A program made the position numbers and the translations under genes. A model generated the notes under the pieces. That model had not been told where the DNA came from. It worked only from the letters and a program-made list of their open reading frames with translations, and made no database searches. A stretch of 59,811 nt of DNA, counting the filler, from Piptocephalis cylindrospora (taxonomy: Eukaryota), in the NCBI GenBank assembly GCA_003614145.1. It is 10 parts of 10 records of this genome, joined end to end, with 100 filler letters (N's around TTAATTAATTAA, not from the genome) between each part and the next. Parts side by side here need not be neighbours in the genome. Positions count along the whole stretch, not along the records: positions 36,062 to 41,940 come from KZ988349.1; positions 42,041 to 47,898 come from KZ988350.1; positions 47,999 to 53,855 come from KZ988351.1; 7 more parts are not named here. One strand, written 5' to 3'. Below, piece by piece: positions 37,444 through 50,061 of this stretch. Each line of letters starts with the position of its first letter. Position 1 is the first letter of the stretch.

Positions 37444-38139
37444 ATGATCATCCCCGCCCTCACCACCTTCACCCTCCTACTCGTGACAGCGGCCAAAGCC
37501 AGGGGAGCCAACGTCTTCACCATCACCGAGCCCACCGCTGCTAGCTACTGGGTCTCCGGGACCCCCGTGAGTATCAACTGGTCCATTGACCCTGCGCACG
37601 AATATTCCAACAACACCACCGTGAAGCTGGAGCTCTGGCTGGGCAATGCTCCTGGCGGAGGCGTCCTCTCCTCTGCGTCCGCCGGTAAGATTGTTACCAC
37701 GATCGGTGGTCTCATCCCTGCCACCGCCGGTTCCGTCGCCTGGACCGCTCCATGGGCTCCGGAGGTCAGTAACAATTACTACATTCGTCTCGAGCGGAAC
37801 AAGCAAAAGGAGGGTCTCAAGGCCTTATTTGAGCGTGTCGAAACCGCCGAATCCCCCAGGTTCCGTATCGAACCCTCCCCCTCTCCTTCCCCGGGATCCC
37901 CTCCCGTCCCACCTCCTCAGGCTCCCCCGATCACTGGGCCGGGCAACGCCACTCTCTCCTGCGAGACGGCCATGCGCGCCGAATGCTCTCGACTCAACCT
38001 GACCTATGCAGGCGAGTGCCACTGTGGTTCGGCCATCCTTAGCCAAGGCTCCAAGGCCCAGAATCCCTCCCTGGCCCCCTTTCCTTCCTCCCCACCCCTA
38101 CTCCTTCCCGTTCTACTCATTGGGCTCTTTTTGTTTTGA
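37444..38139 (+). CDS. Secreted GPI-type protein with Kre9/Knh1-like N-terminal Ig domain
   Basis: Signal peptide, ITEPTAASYWVSGTPVSINW, GSVAWTAP, YYIRL, SPRFRI, Pro-rich linker, hydrophobic tail. Confidence 0.8.
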   Translation: MIIPALTTFTLLLVTAAKARGANVFTITEPTAASYWVSGTPVSINWSIDPAHEYSNNTTVKLELWLGNAPGGGVLSSASAGKIVTTIGGLIPATAGSVAWTAPWAPEVSNNYYIRLERNKQKEGLKALFERVETAESPRFRIEPSPSPSPGSPPVPPPQAPPITGPGNATLSCETAMRAECSRLNLTYAGECHCGSAILSQGSKAQNPSLAPFPSSPPLLLPVLLIGLFLF

Positions 38140-38421
38140 TCATCATCCCATCCTCATGTCTTATGCCCAGTGTGTGAGGTAGTAATTACAACGCCATACC
38201 ATCTCTTGCTCCTCTCAATAACCAATCATGCCCCCTCCTCCCCTCTCTCTCCTTTTGATTCCTCGTTATATGCCTTATGATCAACCATTCTCTCGCGCCA
38301 TACAACAATATGATTACAAGAATGTCACTAAAATAATATTAAAAAGGCTTGGTGTTTACTAATCCAAAGCATTCACACATCCTCCTCAATGCCATTCACA
38401 CATCCTCTTCCTCCATGTCAT

Positions 38422-41400
38422 TCACATACCCCCTCCCCCAGAAAACGGATTGGAGGAAGTAGCAGACCCGGAAAAGGGGAGACCCCCGCCCTGAACAATA
38501 CTTTCGACAAATTGACTCCACTCCCGGAGATCCAAACTAGCGGGAGCTCCCCATAAGGGATCCATCCCTTCTGTGCCCCCTCCAGAGATATAGGGAGGAG
38601 CCCCCCCATTGGAGGAAAAGGTTGAATCCGTAGCGGATGCCAGAGCTCCCCCCTCCATAGGAGCATGAGCTGCCGTGGTAAAGGAGAGGGGGAGAAAAGA
38701 AGTGACGGCGGGGGTGGAGTTGGTGGGGGGTGGAGCTAGGGTTCCCTGGCCCCCCGTCGTCATTCCTTCTCCCCCATGGGATCCAGCGACTGGACTGGTT
38801 ATTGAGTGAAGAGGGGAGGAGACACTAGTCAGATCAAGAGGAAGGGAGGTGGCGTTGGAGGGGGCGTTATCCTTACTGGCCCGGATCATCTCCTCCTGCA
38901 GAGCTTGCTGCATCCCAGGCAAGAGCACGCTGTAGGCATCGCACGCCGTCCCATTCCCCTCGGCCCCAGAAAGCCCTTTCCACAAATCCAAATCCCGGGT
39001 CTCACGCTCCAAAGCCATGTACCCCTCCTCCTCCATCCCAGTGGGTGCAGCAGGTCGCCCTGACCAGCCTTGCCCAGCATAGGAAAGACCAGTTGTGGGG
39101 AAAGAGGATAGGGTGGCGGGAGAAGAGTTGAGGAGGTCCTGGGTCGACTGAGCGGGAACCGACGTGCCCATGGAGGCAAAGGAGGAGGAGGAGGAGGGGC
39201 GAGCATCCTCAGTCTTACTCCGACCCCGACCGCTCGCCACCCCACTACGTTCACTACCCTTCCCTCCCGCTATGACTGAGGGGGGAATGGGGGAAGTGGT
39301 CCTAGAGTCGGATGAGCTCTGGGAGGAGGAAGAGGATCGTACCCTCTTCCTTCCCCCTCCACTCCCAGTGGACTCTCCCCCACCACCAGCTGCACAATAT
39401 CTATCCCGTTTACCCTTACTTCGATTGACTCCGGGAGTCGCTTCATGCTGCTGTCCTTGCTGCAGTAGGGACCTTAGAGCAGATCGACTCCCAATCTCCC
39501 TAGCCTGATCACTTGCGGACCCAGCAGCCTCACCACTACCGCTACCATCTTCGGCCTTACTAGCAGCTCCGGTTCCCTCCCGACACACTGTAGCCTCCTT
39601 CCAGTAGGCATCGACTTCGGCCTGGGAGGGGACATGGATGCCCCGTAGGTCCGCCAGCCTCCGGAGCCAGCCCTCGCATTTGGCCGCCCCAGCCGACACG
39701 TCAGACAGGTTGTTCAGGAGTGTCATGCATAGTCGGAGGTATCGAGTAGCTTGGACTCGGACCTCAGGAGGAGCAGCATCGGCCACAGCATCGTACAGGT
39801 GCACAGTGGCCGCATGCATAATAGCATGAGTGTGAACAAAGGCTCCACGTCGATCCCCTCCTCGTCGACTTTTATTCGTCGATGCATCCGATGGGGTGGA
39901 TGAATCATCCACTCCTGTTGAGGAGGAAGAGAGACCACCATCCCCATGGATGAGACGAACAATGGAGGCCGCAGCAGCCGTACAGATCCTCGCGCTTCTC
40001 CTCCCACTCTCCTTTTCCTCCGGTCCCTCCGCCCCTTCCCCATTCTCATCCCCCCCTCCTCTCCCAGGCCGCTTCTTTTCCCCAGCCTTGCTTCCTCCTG
40101 ATCCAAAGCGAGCGAGACGCTGGAAGGGCCGATGAAGGAGGAGGAGGATGGAATGATGATGAATCCATAGAGTCACCACCTGTCGAGCCCGTTGATCTGG
40201 GATGCCTCCAGCCACCACGGTACGAAGATCATGTTGATACTCGGCAGGAAGGGACCGACGCCAGGCGGCCAGGGCAGCCTCCAAGGCCGGGAGTTCTTCC
40301 TCGGCCATGCGAGAGGAAAAGGGTCTAGACTTGACCGAGTAAAACTTACGGAGAACCCGACCCAAAATGATGGTCAGACGGATGAGGGCACCAAAGAAGA
40401 GCCTGGAAGACCGGTCCTCCCTGGACTCCTCACCCGCCTCCTCTCCACCCACCCATCTTTCCTCGTACCTCGGGAGAATGACGTCACAATCTCGTTCCTC
40501 AATGACCATGGGTCTACCAAGTTGGGTACTGATCAGACGATCAAGACAAAAGCATGCCCACCATACCCATCTCCGCTCCTCGGCCTTTGTCCAATCAGGG
40601 CCTATAGGACCCTTTTGTCCGCTACTACTACTACTACTACAATGACCGTCTTCCTTCTTTGTCCCATCACCTTCCTCTGCGTCCTTGTTGGCTGGCTGAC
40701 ACGCATGACCCACCTCCCTTTGTAAACCCAAATCCTGGGCCATACGACAAGCCATTCCAATGTGCATCCAGGCATCGTAATGACGAAGGGAGCCCATTTC
40801 ATAGATGGAAAGGAAAAGTAGGGCAGCCACGGCGTCCAGGGAGGCCCCACCATACCTGGCGGTATTGAGAAGACGACGGGCGCGGAGGAAGTAGGGGAAT
40901 CCGGCAGATCGACACCGGTTCCTTCTAATCTTCTTTTTCGCCTCATCATTCCTCTCCGGCTCCACATCTCCTACAACATCTTCCTCATCGACTAGTCGAT
41001 TCATCCATTCCCATCGACTGGCCAAGGCAAAGGCGGTATTGAGGAGGAGGGGAGAGACGGTGGGGGAGGAAGATCGAATCCCATCAAAAAGCCTCTTCCT
41101 GGAAAGACAGGGGAAATGAGAGTGAGGACCTTCAAAGAAAATGGCCAAAAGCCTCTCCTGCTCAGGGAGGGGAGGAAGGATAGGGGTCCTCTTGATTGAC
41201 CCTCGTCTACCCCGGGCGCCAAGAAACTTGAGCTTAGACCCCTCCTCTTCCTCATCGTCTCCCTCTTCATTCTCTTCCATATCCACCTCGGCCCATTCAG
41301 CTCTATCATTTTCCTCCTGGAAAGGATCATCAAAGTACTTTTTCTCCTCCTCCAGATCCTCAATGCATAGAGCGGAATCCGAGGTCAGAGTAGAGGACAA

Positions 41401-41885
41401 TCGAAGGCGAGGAGGCCCAAAGGGGAAACTGTGTCGATAGACCCTAGCCTTGACCTCCTCCTCATTTTGATGATCCGAGGCCAAAGGAGGCGCAATAAAA
41501 GAACCAAGGTTTCCAGCCCCGTTGCTCTCTCCTTCATCACCACCAGTCCCCTTTATCCTCTTCACCTCCTCACCCCTTCCTCTTGCCCTTGCCTCTTCCT
41601 CATCCCCTCCCTCTTCCTCCCTATCGGAGGCAACATGTTCGAGGAGAAGAAGGCGGCTTCGCCCCCTTCGGCCTCCTTCATCCTCCATGGCGATGATCCC
41701 GGGAAGCCGAGTCTGGACCAAGCGTCCCATAGGGCCCATTGTATCGGGAAGTTGACGGGAGGGATCGGCGTAAGCGGGGTGGACAGTAATGGCGGTGGAG
41801 GAGGAGGGAGAGGAGGATATTGTGGTGGTGGGGGTAGAGGGATCCTCGGTGATGTACCTTAAGAGAGAGGATTGGCCCATGTAAT
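38422..41885 (-). CDS. Fungal-specific transcription factor (Fungal_trans middle domain); N-terminal Zn2Cys6 region not present in this contig
   Basis: AWMHIGMACRMAQDLGLQRE, EERRWVWWACFCLDRLISTQLGRP, LLLHRPF, SARICTAAA; upstream end replaced by an inverted chimera. Confidence 0.9.
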
Positions 41886-42040
41886 GGACAAAAGGGTCCT
41901 ATAGGCCCTGATTGGACAAAGGCCGAGGAGCGGAGATGGGNNNNNNNNNNNNNNNNNNNNNNNNNNNNNNNNNNNNNNNNNNNNTTAATTAATTAANNNN
42001 NNNNNNNNNNNNNNNNNNNNNNNNNNNNNNNNNNNNNNNN

Positions 42041-43242
42041 CTGGAAAGGATCAAATTGAACCTTGAGGAGACGATCCAAGTACCGACTGACCGGGACCTG
42101 ATCAAGAATGAAGGGAAGGGAGGGGGTTTTTTTTAGTTAGAAGAGAGGATTATACGAGTGTTCAGTCCCCTCCCAAGCCAATTTCACGTACCGCTCCCAT
42201 TAGGACCGGAAGGGCATGTTTAGCGGCCTTTGCCTGTAGGGAAATGGCCGAGTGAAGGTGGGCATGAGCCGAGGAGGCCACTGTATGGATGGCATCGGTC
42301 ATCCCGGAAGCCTCGGGGCCCTTTCGGAAAAGCATCTCCGTAGAGAGTCCGGCCTAAATAATAGAGAAGTAGGATGAGCTTATCGATATCCACACTACTC
42401 TCCTAGTGGTGTGATCTGACCTTGGCGGCTACTTCGGCAGGGATATAGGATCGTCGACGCTGAGCATGAAAGCCGACCCCACGCAGAGTAGCGACAATTC
42501 CAGTAGCCTTTCCCAGATGGGAAGCTGCGTGATCCGCATGAACATCCCGGATCCCAAGCATCTCCAGCTGGAGGTACAGGAGGGTGGAGTGATTGGCCTC
42601 GGCCCATTTGTCTAGATCGGCCAGGGTATACAGAGTCTGGCCCTCCAGATCATCCTCCCGAGCCTGAACAAGCCGCATAAGCCAGGAAGTGGAGAGTTTG
42701 GACTTGTTCAAACTCTCAGTAAGGGCAATGGCCACTGGGTGCTGTACGGCTTTGCCCTACCAATTTCGATATCATGATCCACCGGACATAACAGTGAATG
42801 GGAAATGATAATGCAAATGTGCCCCAAGCCACCACCGTCCCAAAACTCACCTCCAAAGCCTTGCTCAGAGTATCCCTCCAGAATTGATAGCGCATCCGGG
42901 CAATGGAAGTCTCCCGCGCCATATCCGGGATAGTGGCCAGTTCAACGTTCAACGCCCGTAACGCCAAGATCCCAGGCCGTACGGCCGTAGGGAAAAAGTG
43001 ACTCCCTACGTACCCTTCATAGTCCTTTTCTCTATGGATGCGGGATAGAGGGTGAGTATGGGATGAGGCATCAGAGGAGCCCCACGTCCCATAAAGGCCA
43101 GAGAGAGGACTTACCGTACAAGCTGGCTGCAATAGTCTAGTGCGCCGGCAGGATGGGTGACGGCCGACGTGGAGATCAAGCGCCGAGGACCTACCTGTCG
43201 TGATAGGGATCCGAACCTTGAGGCCAGTGTCCTTGTCGTCAT
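42041..43242 (-). CDS. NDUFAF6: Complex I assembly factor NDUFAF6 (squalene/phytoene synthase-like), multi-exon, 3'-truncated
   Basis: DYCSQLVR|EKDYEGY, ALRALNVELA, MRYQFWRD, HPVAIAL, ADHAASHLGKATGI. Confidence 0.92.
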
Positions 43243-43606
43243 GGTGAAATTTTGAGAGGATCGAGTGGGGAGACTAAAGACAAGGTAAGAGCCAGTCGGA
43301 CATCCCGAACCCTTTGACTTGAGGATAACACCCCGACATGAATCTGGACATTGACTATTTAGGGGGCGTTGTGCTGTATGATTCGCCTCGGGGAAATGAG
43401 TCATGTAAATTCCCCCATTCGATGCAACGACCTGTGCAGGAAGGTGTAACATCGCTATACCATCCGCCGATCACGGAAACGACTCATAGCCCTATGGGAT
43501 CAGGGATCATAATATCCTGGGGATGACCGAGAACACATGATCATTTAATATGGCCACTACGGTTACCATGATTATGATTAAAAATCACAACAATGACTCT
43601 GTAGGG

Positions 43607-43673
43607 TGTTGGCCTATTAGGCGGGCTATGTGTTCGGATGCCCAGCAGCCTAGCTCACGGAGGGAAAACATAA
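43607..43673. repeat. Copy of a dispersed ~65-bp non-coding element (core TGTGTTCGGATGC)
   Basis: About 80% identical by hand alignment to 45703-45770; related inverted copy at 16801-16855. Confidence 0.85.
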
Positions 43674-44074
43674 CGGCTTATCGCCATCAATGGCTCTGTA
43701 GGGACAGTAAGCGTTGGCGGTAGCCATGAGGATGCAATTGACCATCTTGGAACGAGGGACTACAGGACCATCCCCACCCATGTAGCCAGCCCAAAAGCAC
43801 TCTGCGCACCCAGACCGCATCAGCTTTCTGAATGACATGGGCTATCGACAGGACCCGGGGAAGTGTAGGGGGAGCGTAGGGGTAGAAACCAATATGGGCA
43901 GGGGAAGATAAAAGGAAAGGAGGCGGGCCTATTTACTCTGCCGTCTATCCATCAACCTCGATTTGTTTCTTTTCCCCGTCTATCTATCCATCTCCTCCAC
44001 CTGTTTCCTTTCATCATCCTGCCCTATTACGGATTAGCTGCTACGGAATATCAACGCCATCCTCTCCCAAGAGC

Positions 44075-45642
44075 ATGGCCATTGAATGGTTCAGTCGATT
44101 TTTCTCCCTCGGATCCCCACCGGTCCCGCCGGGAAATTTACTGGCGCTGGAGGAAACCGGAGTGGCCCGAGAGGACCTTCATGGAGGCCAGCATGACTTG
44201 ACGGATATTATACAGACCTCTACACATCTTTATTATGGCCCAGAGCTCATACCTACCCATCCTGTCTCCAATGATGCAAAGGGCAAGTTGGCCTCTTGCT
44301 GGCAGACCATCCCGTCGTACAAGGTAATGTTGTTAAGGAAGGGGAAGAAATCCAACATGTTTATGAGCCCAAATGATTGTGACTCATTTTTCCATCTGGG
44401 ATCCCAAAATTAATTCCCGAACCACCTCCATAATCCAAACCACTTTGTAGGCGGAAAAGGGGGGAAATGGGGATGGTCATATGCAAACGCTATGTCTCCC
44501 TGGTCAGATTCAGCTGGGTGAGATGAAGCTGAAGATAGACGAGGTTGGGACCCTGAATTTATCGAGTATCATCGAATTTGTGAACCCATGCAAGATATCC
44601 CTTTCGTTTCTAGACGAAGTAGATATTGGGGGGAGTAGGTAGGCGCTCCCATGATGAAGAGGGGCTCCCCATCATGACCATCTCTTAACGCCAAGCCCCA
44701 CTCCCTTCTTTCTTAGAAAAGTAGGGGAGGATCAAACCATCACGGACATTGCATCCCTCCCCATATCCTGGTCATTCGGACCGAGTAATATGGGCAACTT
44801 GGGCCAGGCTATCCTTAAGTACCTCCCATCGTCCGATAATGATGCATCGCAGAATACATCCGATGCATCATCCGATTTAGACGAGTTGAATTCCTCTGGG
44901 GAGACAGTTGATCCGACAAAGACGCTTCCAACAGTTCGATTTGCACTTCCAGAGAAGACCACGATGAAGTCATCTTCATCTGTGACTCAATTCGATATTC
45001 CGACGGGGAAAGCCAGGGAAGAGGAGAAGCTGAACACAGTTGTATTGACCATCCGACCTTTCAATGATGCTCCTGGGGCGGGATCAGAAGATACGCCCAG
45101 TCTATCCTATCACTTTTCCCCATCCTCTCTCACCAGATTGGATGAAGCCGAGTATCGAATGGTCCAAGAAGAGATCATCGTCGTGGTAATACTTTGCTTT
45201 GCTCTGTTTGCCACATTCGTTCACTCAATCAGATCCCATCCCTCCGTGATCTAGCTGCAAGGGCAAAGCCACCAACTCCTGCCCATTTATGATGCAGATG
45301 GGGAAAGCGTCACGTCTGGGATAGATGGTAGTTTCCGAGGAAAGGATGGATCAGAGGGGGAGACGTGCGTTGTATGCCTCGCCTCGGATCGTACCATTAC
45401 CCTCCTGCCCTGTCGACACCAATGCACTTGCCCTGAGTGTGCCATTTCCCTGGCCCGAATCGATCCTGCCACTTGTCCTCTATGTCGACGAGGTAAGGAT
45501 GTGGGATAGAGAGTGGGATTTATTATGTAAGATCAAAATCACCCTTCTAACCATCCATCTATCCATCTATCCATCTACCTATTTAGAGGTATCTTCATGG
45601 GTGAGGATCCATTCCGAGGCCGTGGAAGAGGGAGATGCCTAA
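44075..45642 (+). CDS. C3HC4 RING-finger E3 ligase (MGRN1/LOG2-like RING), multi-exon
   Basis: Hand translation near 45360-45492: ETCVVCLASDRTITLLPCRHQCTCPECAISLARIDPATCPLCRR; upstream ORFs joined by GT-AG introns. Confidence 0.78.
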
Positions 45643-45702
45643 ATAAATACATGCTCAGTGGAATATAATGTGTTTCTTGCTCATAGTCCCTGGTACCACG
45701 CC

Positions 45703-45770
45703 TGCTGGCCCATTTGGGCGGATTATGTGTTCGGATGCCTAACAGCCTACCCCACTGAGGGAAAATATAA
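45703..45770. repeat. Second copy of the dispersed ~65-bp element
   Basis: Direct repeat of 43607-43673. Confidence 0.85.
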
Positions 45771-46528
45771 AGGTTCTATTATCATCATCCTTATCATCCT
45801 CATCCTCATCGTATGATGTGTTTCTTGCTAATAATAATATACATGAGGAAATTATTCTTATTCTTGAATAGATTGAACAAAATAGAGATGATTATTCTTG
45901 CCTGCCCCATTTGAGGATAATATAACGATTTTATCATCATCATCATAAGGATGATTATTCAGAGAGAGCAAGTGATCGCATCAACCAAACATCATCATCC
46001 AGCACTTCCTGAACCAGGATCGTGGATCGATCGGTCGTGATGATGACAATGATAACAAGGCGTTTTGGATGGCCCAGATGACATTGTTGAAAGCGCGCTT
46101 GTCCCTCTATGTTCCTAATTTGACCAAAAACAGCGTTGCATCTTTTATACAATTTTCGCCGTTTACCCCCTCCCTCAGTACCATCACGGCTTTTTCCTCC
46201 TTTTTCCCCAGCTGAGAGACGGAGAGCAGTTGCTGACTTGTCCAGCCAACCACTACGCTTCCTTCTCCCTTGGCCAGCCACTCACAGACCGACCTAGCGG
46301 CCATTTTATCTTTTCTCCTCCTCACTTTCCACATTCTAATGTGAGGCGCATGTCCCGCCGCCGTGTATGCCTCATACTTGGGGGCCTTTAGTATTGTGGC
46401 AGAGAAGAGACTCACTCTTGTGTGCGTGTCCCCCTTAACCGCCTTACAACGCACACATATGTACAGGCACACATACTGTATGTGTGTGGGCCTCTTTCCC
46501 CTCCCCTCCCCCCCTTCCCCATACTTAG

Positions 46529-47077
<549 letters not shown>

Positions 47078-47703
47078 TCATGTGCGCCAACACGCGTCAG
47101 ACTCTTCAAGTTCTGTCTTTTTGCCAGGACGGGTTGGTCCTTTCTCTTTTTTCCCTTTGGGTGCACTGGATGAGTTGGATTGCTGTGGTGGAAAGCGAGT
47201 CTTGGAGGGAGGAAGGTGGTCGGAGGGGCAGTGGAAGGCATGGTGATGTGGACCTGGTAAGATGTTCCTTGGAAATAAGCGGATAGGGAGGAGGATGAAG
47301 AAGATCATCTTTTTCTTCCTTCAACCATCCCGTTATCCGCCCCATCTTGCCTTGCTCTTTGCTCGACCAGGTCTTATCGCTCGGTGGTGTATTCCCCAAT
47401 GCCTTTTCCCCTTCCCCCTCTGTCTCCTTACCCCCCCCCATCTCTTGCTTCATTTGCCTCATCAATACAACTTATACTTTCTGGCCCTGGATGCCTTTCC
47501 CGGTCTCTTTTTCCTGGTGGATCCTTTCTTGAGGCCTCTTAATAATGCTATATTTCTATGCTTCAATTTTAGGGACAAAGGAGGGGGTTTCTTGATGAGA
47601 TAACATAGGGGAAAAAAGAAAACATGCGTTGACAAAGGCTGATAAGATTGAGACACAATGTGTCCTTTCTTCCTTCCGCTATCCCCCCACATCCAACATC
47701 GTC

Positions 47704-47780
47704 ATGCCTCCCACCATCCAGTGCTCCGTATGTAAGGAGGCCCCATTAAAATACAAGTGCCCGCATTGTCGAGCGCCCTA
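47704..47780 (+). CDS. First exon of a zf-HIT protein (Hit1/ZNHIT3-like), truncated
   Basis: MPPTIQCSVCKEAPLKYKCPHCRAP(Y) followed by a GTAAGT donor. Confidence 0.75.
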
Positions 47781-48185
47781 GTAAGTCCTCGGACCTGCTC
47801 TAAAGGATTAGGCTGAAGGGGGGGGGGGGGGGGGGGGGACCTCCCCCAACCCCGTTGTTCTTGTTCGCCCCACTCGTGCTTTTTGTGTTGTCCTCCAGNN
47901 NNNNNNNNNNNNNNNNNNNNNNNNNNNNNNNNNNNNNNNNNNTTAATTAATTAANNNNNNNNNNNNNNNNNNNNNNNNNNNNNNNNNNNNNNNNNNNNAG
48001 CCAAGAATTGCTTCTGAGGGCCAAGGCCAATTGTCTAGATTCACATCCTTTTCCGAAGGTCATAATAATTTTCAATTGAAAAGCGCCACCCTCCATCTCC
48101 ATCTTTTTTCTTTGTGTTTTTAAACTCTTCTTCCTCTTTCCCCTCTTCCCTTCCCTTGGATCTCCCAAACTCCTCTGCTTTGGGT

Positions 48186-48443
48186 ATGGACCACCTTTCG
48201 TCCATGCCCTCGTTTCCCGAAGGACTAGAATGGCTCTCTGGAGGAGACGTATCGTTCCCCCTTCACGATAATGGTGAGGAAATTGTGGTGTCCGAGGCAG
48301 AGATTTCCGAGGATGAAGAAGGGGAGGAGGAGGGCGAGGAAGGAGGCGATGAGGAATTCTTGGATGGCTTTGACCTAACCGAGGATGCAGCCTTAGCCGA
48401 AGCAATGGTTTCTCAGTATCTTGAAAATTCTACCCAGGTGTAA
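48186..48443 (+). CDS. Small acidic hypothetical protein (85 aa) or terminal exon
   Basis: Open frame with Glu/Asp-rich coding-like composition; no family recognised. Confidence 0.45.
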   Translation: MDHLSSMPSFPEGLEWLSGGDVSFPLHDNGEEIVVSEAEISEDEEGEEEGEEGGDEEFLDGFDLTEDAALAEAMVSQYLENSTQV

Positions 48444-50061
48444 ATGAGTCGATCGGTGTACCCGAGTAGACTTGCGGTGGTATGTGTAACTGATCTAACG
48501 AATCAAGGCTGCGACATGTAAGATGAGCAAACGATGATGATGTCGATGTGTCTGAGTGTTATTTAATAAAAACAAGAATCATCGTATTAGAGTGATTGTT
48601 AATGCGGTATAGCGTGGTCATGTACCGTTTCATCGTGTAGGCCATCTGGTTATGCACATTGGGAGGGATGGTGATGGTTGCTCGGCTAGACATGCCTGGG
48701 AATAAACAGCAACAAAAACCTCCTCAGCTCTTATCCACACACATTGTTTAGGACGCGTCGTATCCTGCATCGCCAAGGATGGCTATATAAGCACTCCATT
48801 ATCTATCCCAGATTGGCTTGAACTGCCTCATTCCAATCCTTTGTTTCTCCCCATCTCCCATCAGCCCTTGATCTATTGAGACAGCTGCATTGACCTTCTC
48901 TTCCTCCCTTTGCTCTTCTTACACGTCATCCTTTATTATTATTTTTCTAGGACAAAGATCTCTCTTTCTCTCTCTCTCTCTGGGATGATTCCTTCCTTCC
49001 TTCCTCATCCCACCGACTAATCTCAAGTCACGAGCCCACGGAAAGGACCGAACGCACAAGGCACATATCCCCTTACCCTCATCACTAGGGGGCGCAGCCC
49101 CAGGACATAGGGATGAGATGAGACCATGTTGTTCTTATCGGTACAGTTGTGCGAGGTCATGCTGCTGTGCGTTATTTTTAGATCTCTCTTGGCCAAGGTC
49201 GCCTCGCTATAATCATCATTCATCATCATCCCTGGGGCTGCGTGGGCGCGTGTATGTATCCATCGAGTTTTCTCCCCCTCCTCCCCTGGTCCCTCTTATT
49301 CTGTGTCTATCTGCACACCTGTGCGAACCAGCCGCACAACTATCGGCTTTAAAGGCCCTCCTCAAACCATCTCTAACAATGTCCTCTCCTTTTCTCCGGT
49401 CTCTTTTCGCATCATCCTTGTTTTCCTCCCTCCTCTCTTCCAGCCTTTCCTACTAGCCTTACTTGTTTAGCATATTCCTTCCCCTCCTCTCCCCTCCTTT
49501 CCCCTCTCTTCCCAATCCATCTCTCTTCTCATTCTATCTCCCTTCTCTGCTCATTTGACTCCCTCGGTCCCGATCCACTGTTCACCTGGGCCCAGATCAA
49601 GACTCCGACATTCCTCCCTTCCCTTCCCTCCCCCCTCTCAGCCCCAGTCCTTGCCTCTCCCTCCAACTCCGCTGGCTGGGTAGACCTTGACCTGCCATCG
49701 CATCACCTTGTCCTTTGCTCAACACCCGTTTACTCGTCCATCCTTGGCACTCGCTTCCCTCGCCTACAGCCACCTGCTAACTTGGTCGGTTTTCCTGCCT
49801 TGCCCATTCACGTCTTTTTGCCTTATTCGTGTATCCTCCCTTTCCTTCCCCTCCTTCCTTCCTCTCTCGTGCATACGTGCGTGTTGCATCCTCACTCACT
49901 CAATCACCTTTTCCTTCCTTCTCCCTCTCCTTTCCTTTTTTCATCTATATCTTACCCTCTTTATACCACCCCGTCCCTTACATTCTCCTATTGGCATTCT
50001 CTGTCTCAGTCGAGCACTACCATCTCATTCCCTATAACTAATTCTCCTTCTCCACCCTACC

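Noticed and set aside
43607..43673. HDV-like or hammerhead ribozyme, TPP riboswitch or SECIS reading of the dispersed element
   Set aside because: I could not fit the required cores (nested double pseudoknot, CUGAUGA/GAAA, GCUGAGA, AUGA/GA quartet) on either strand.
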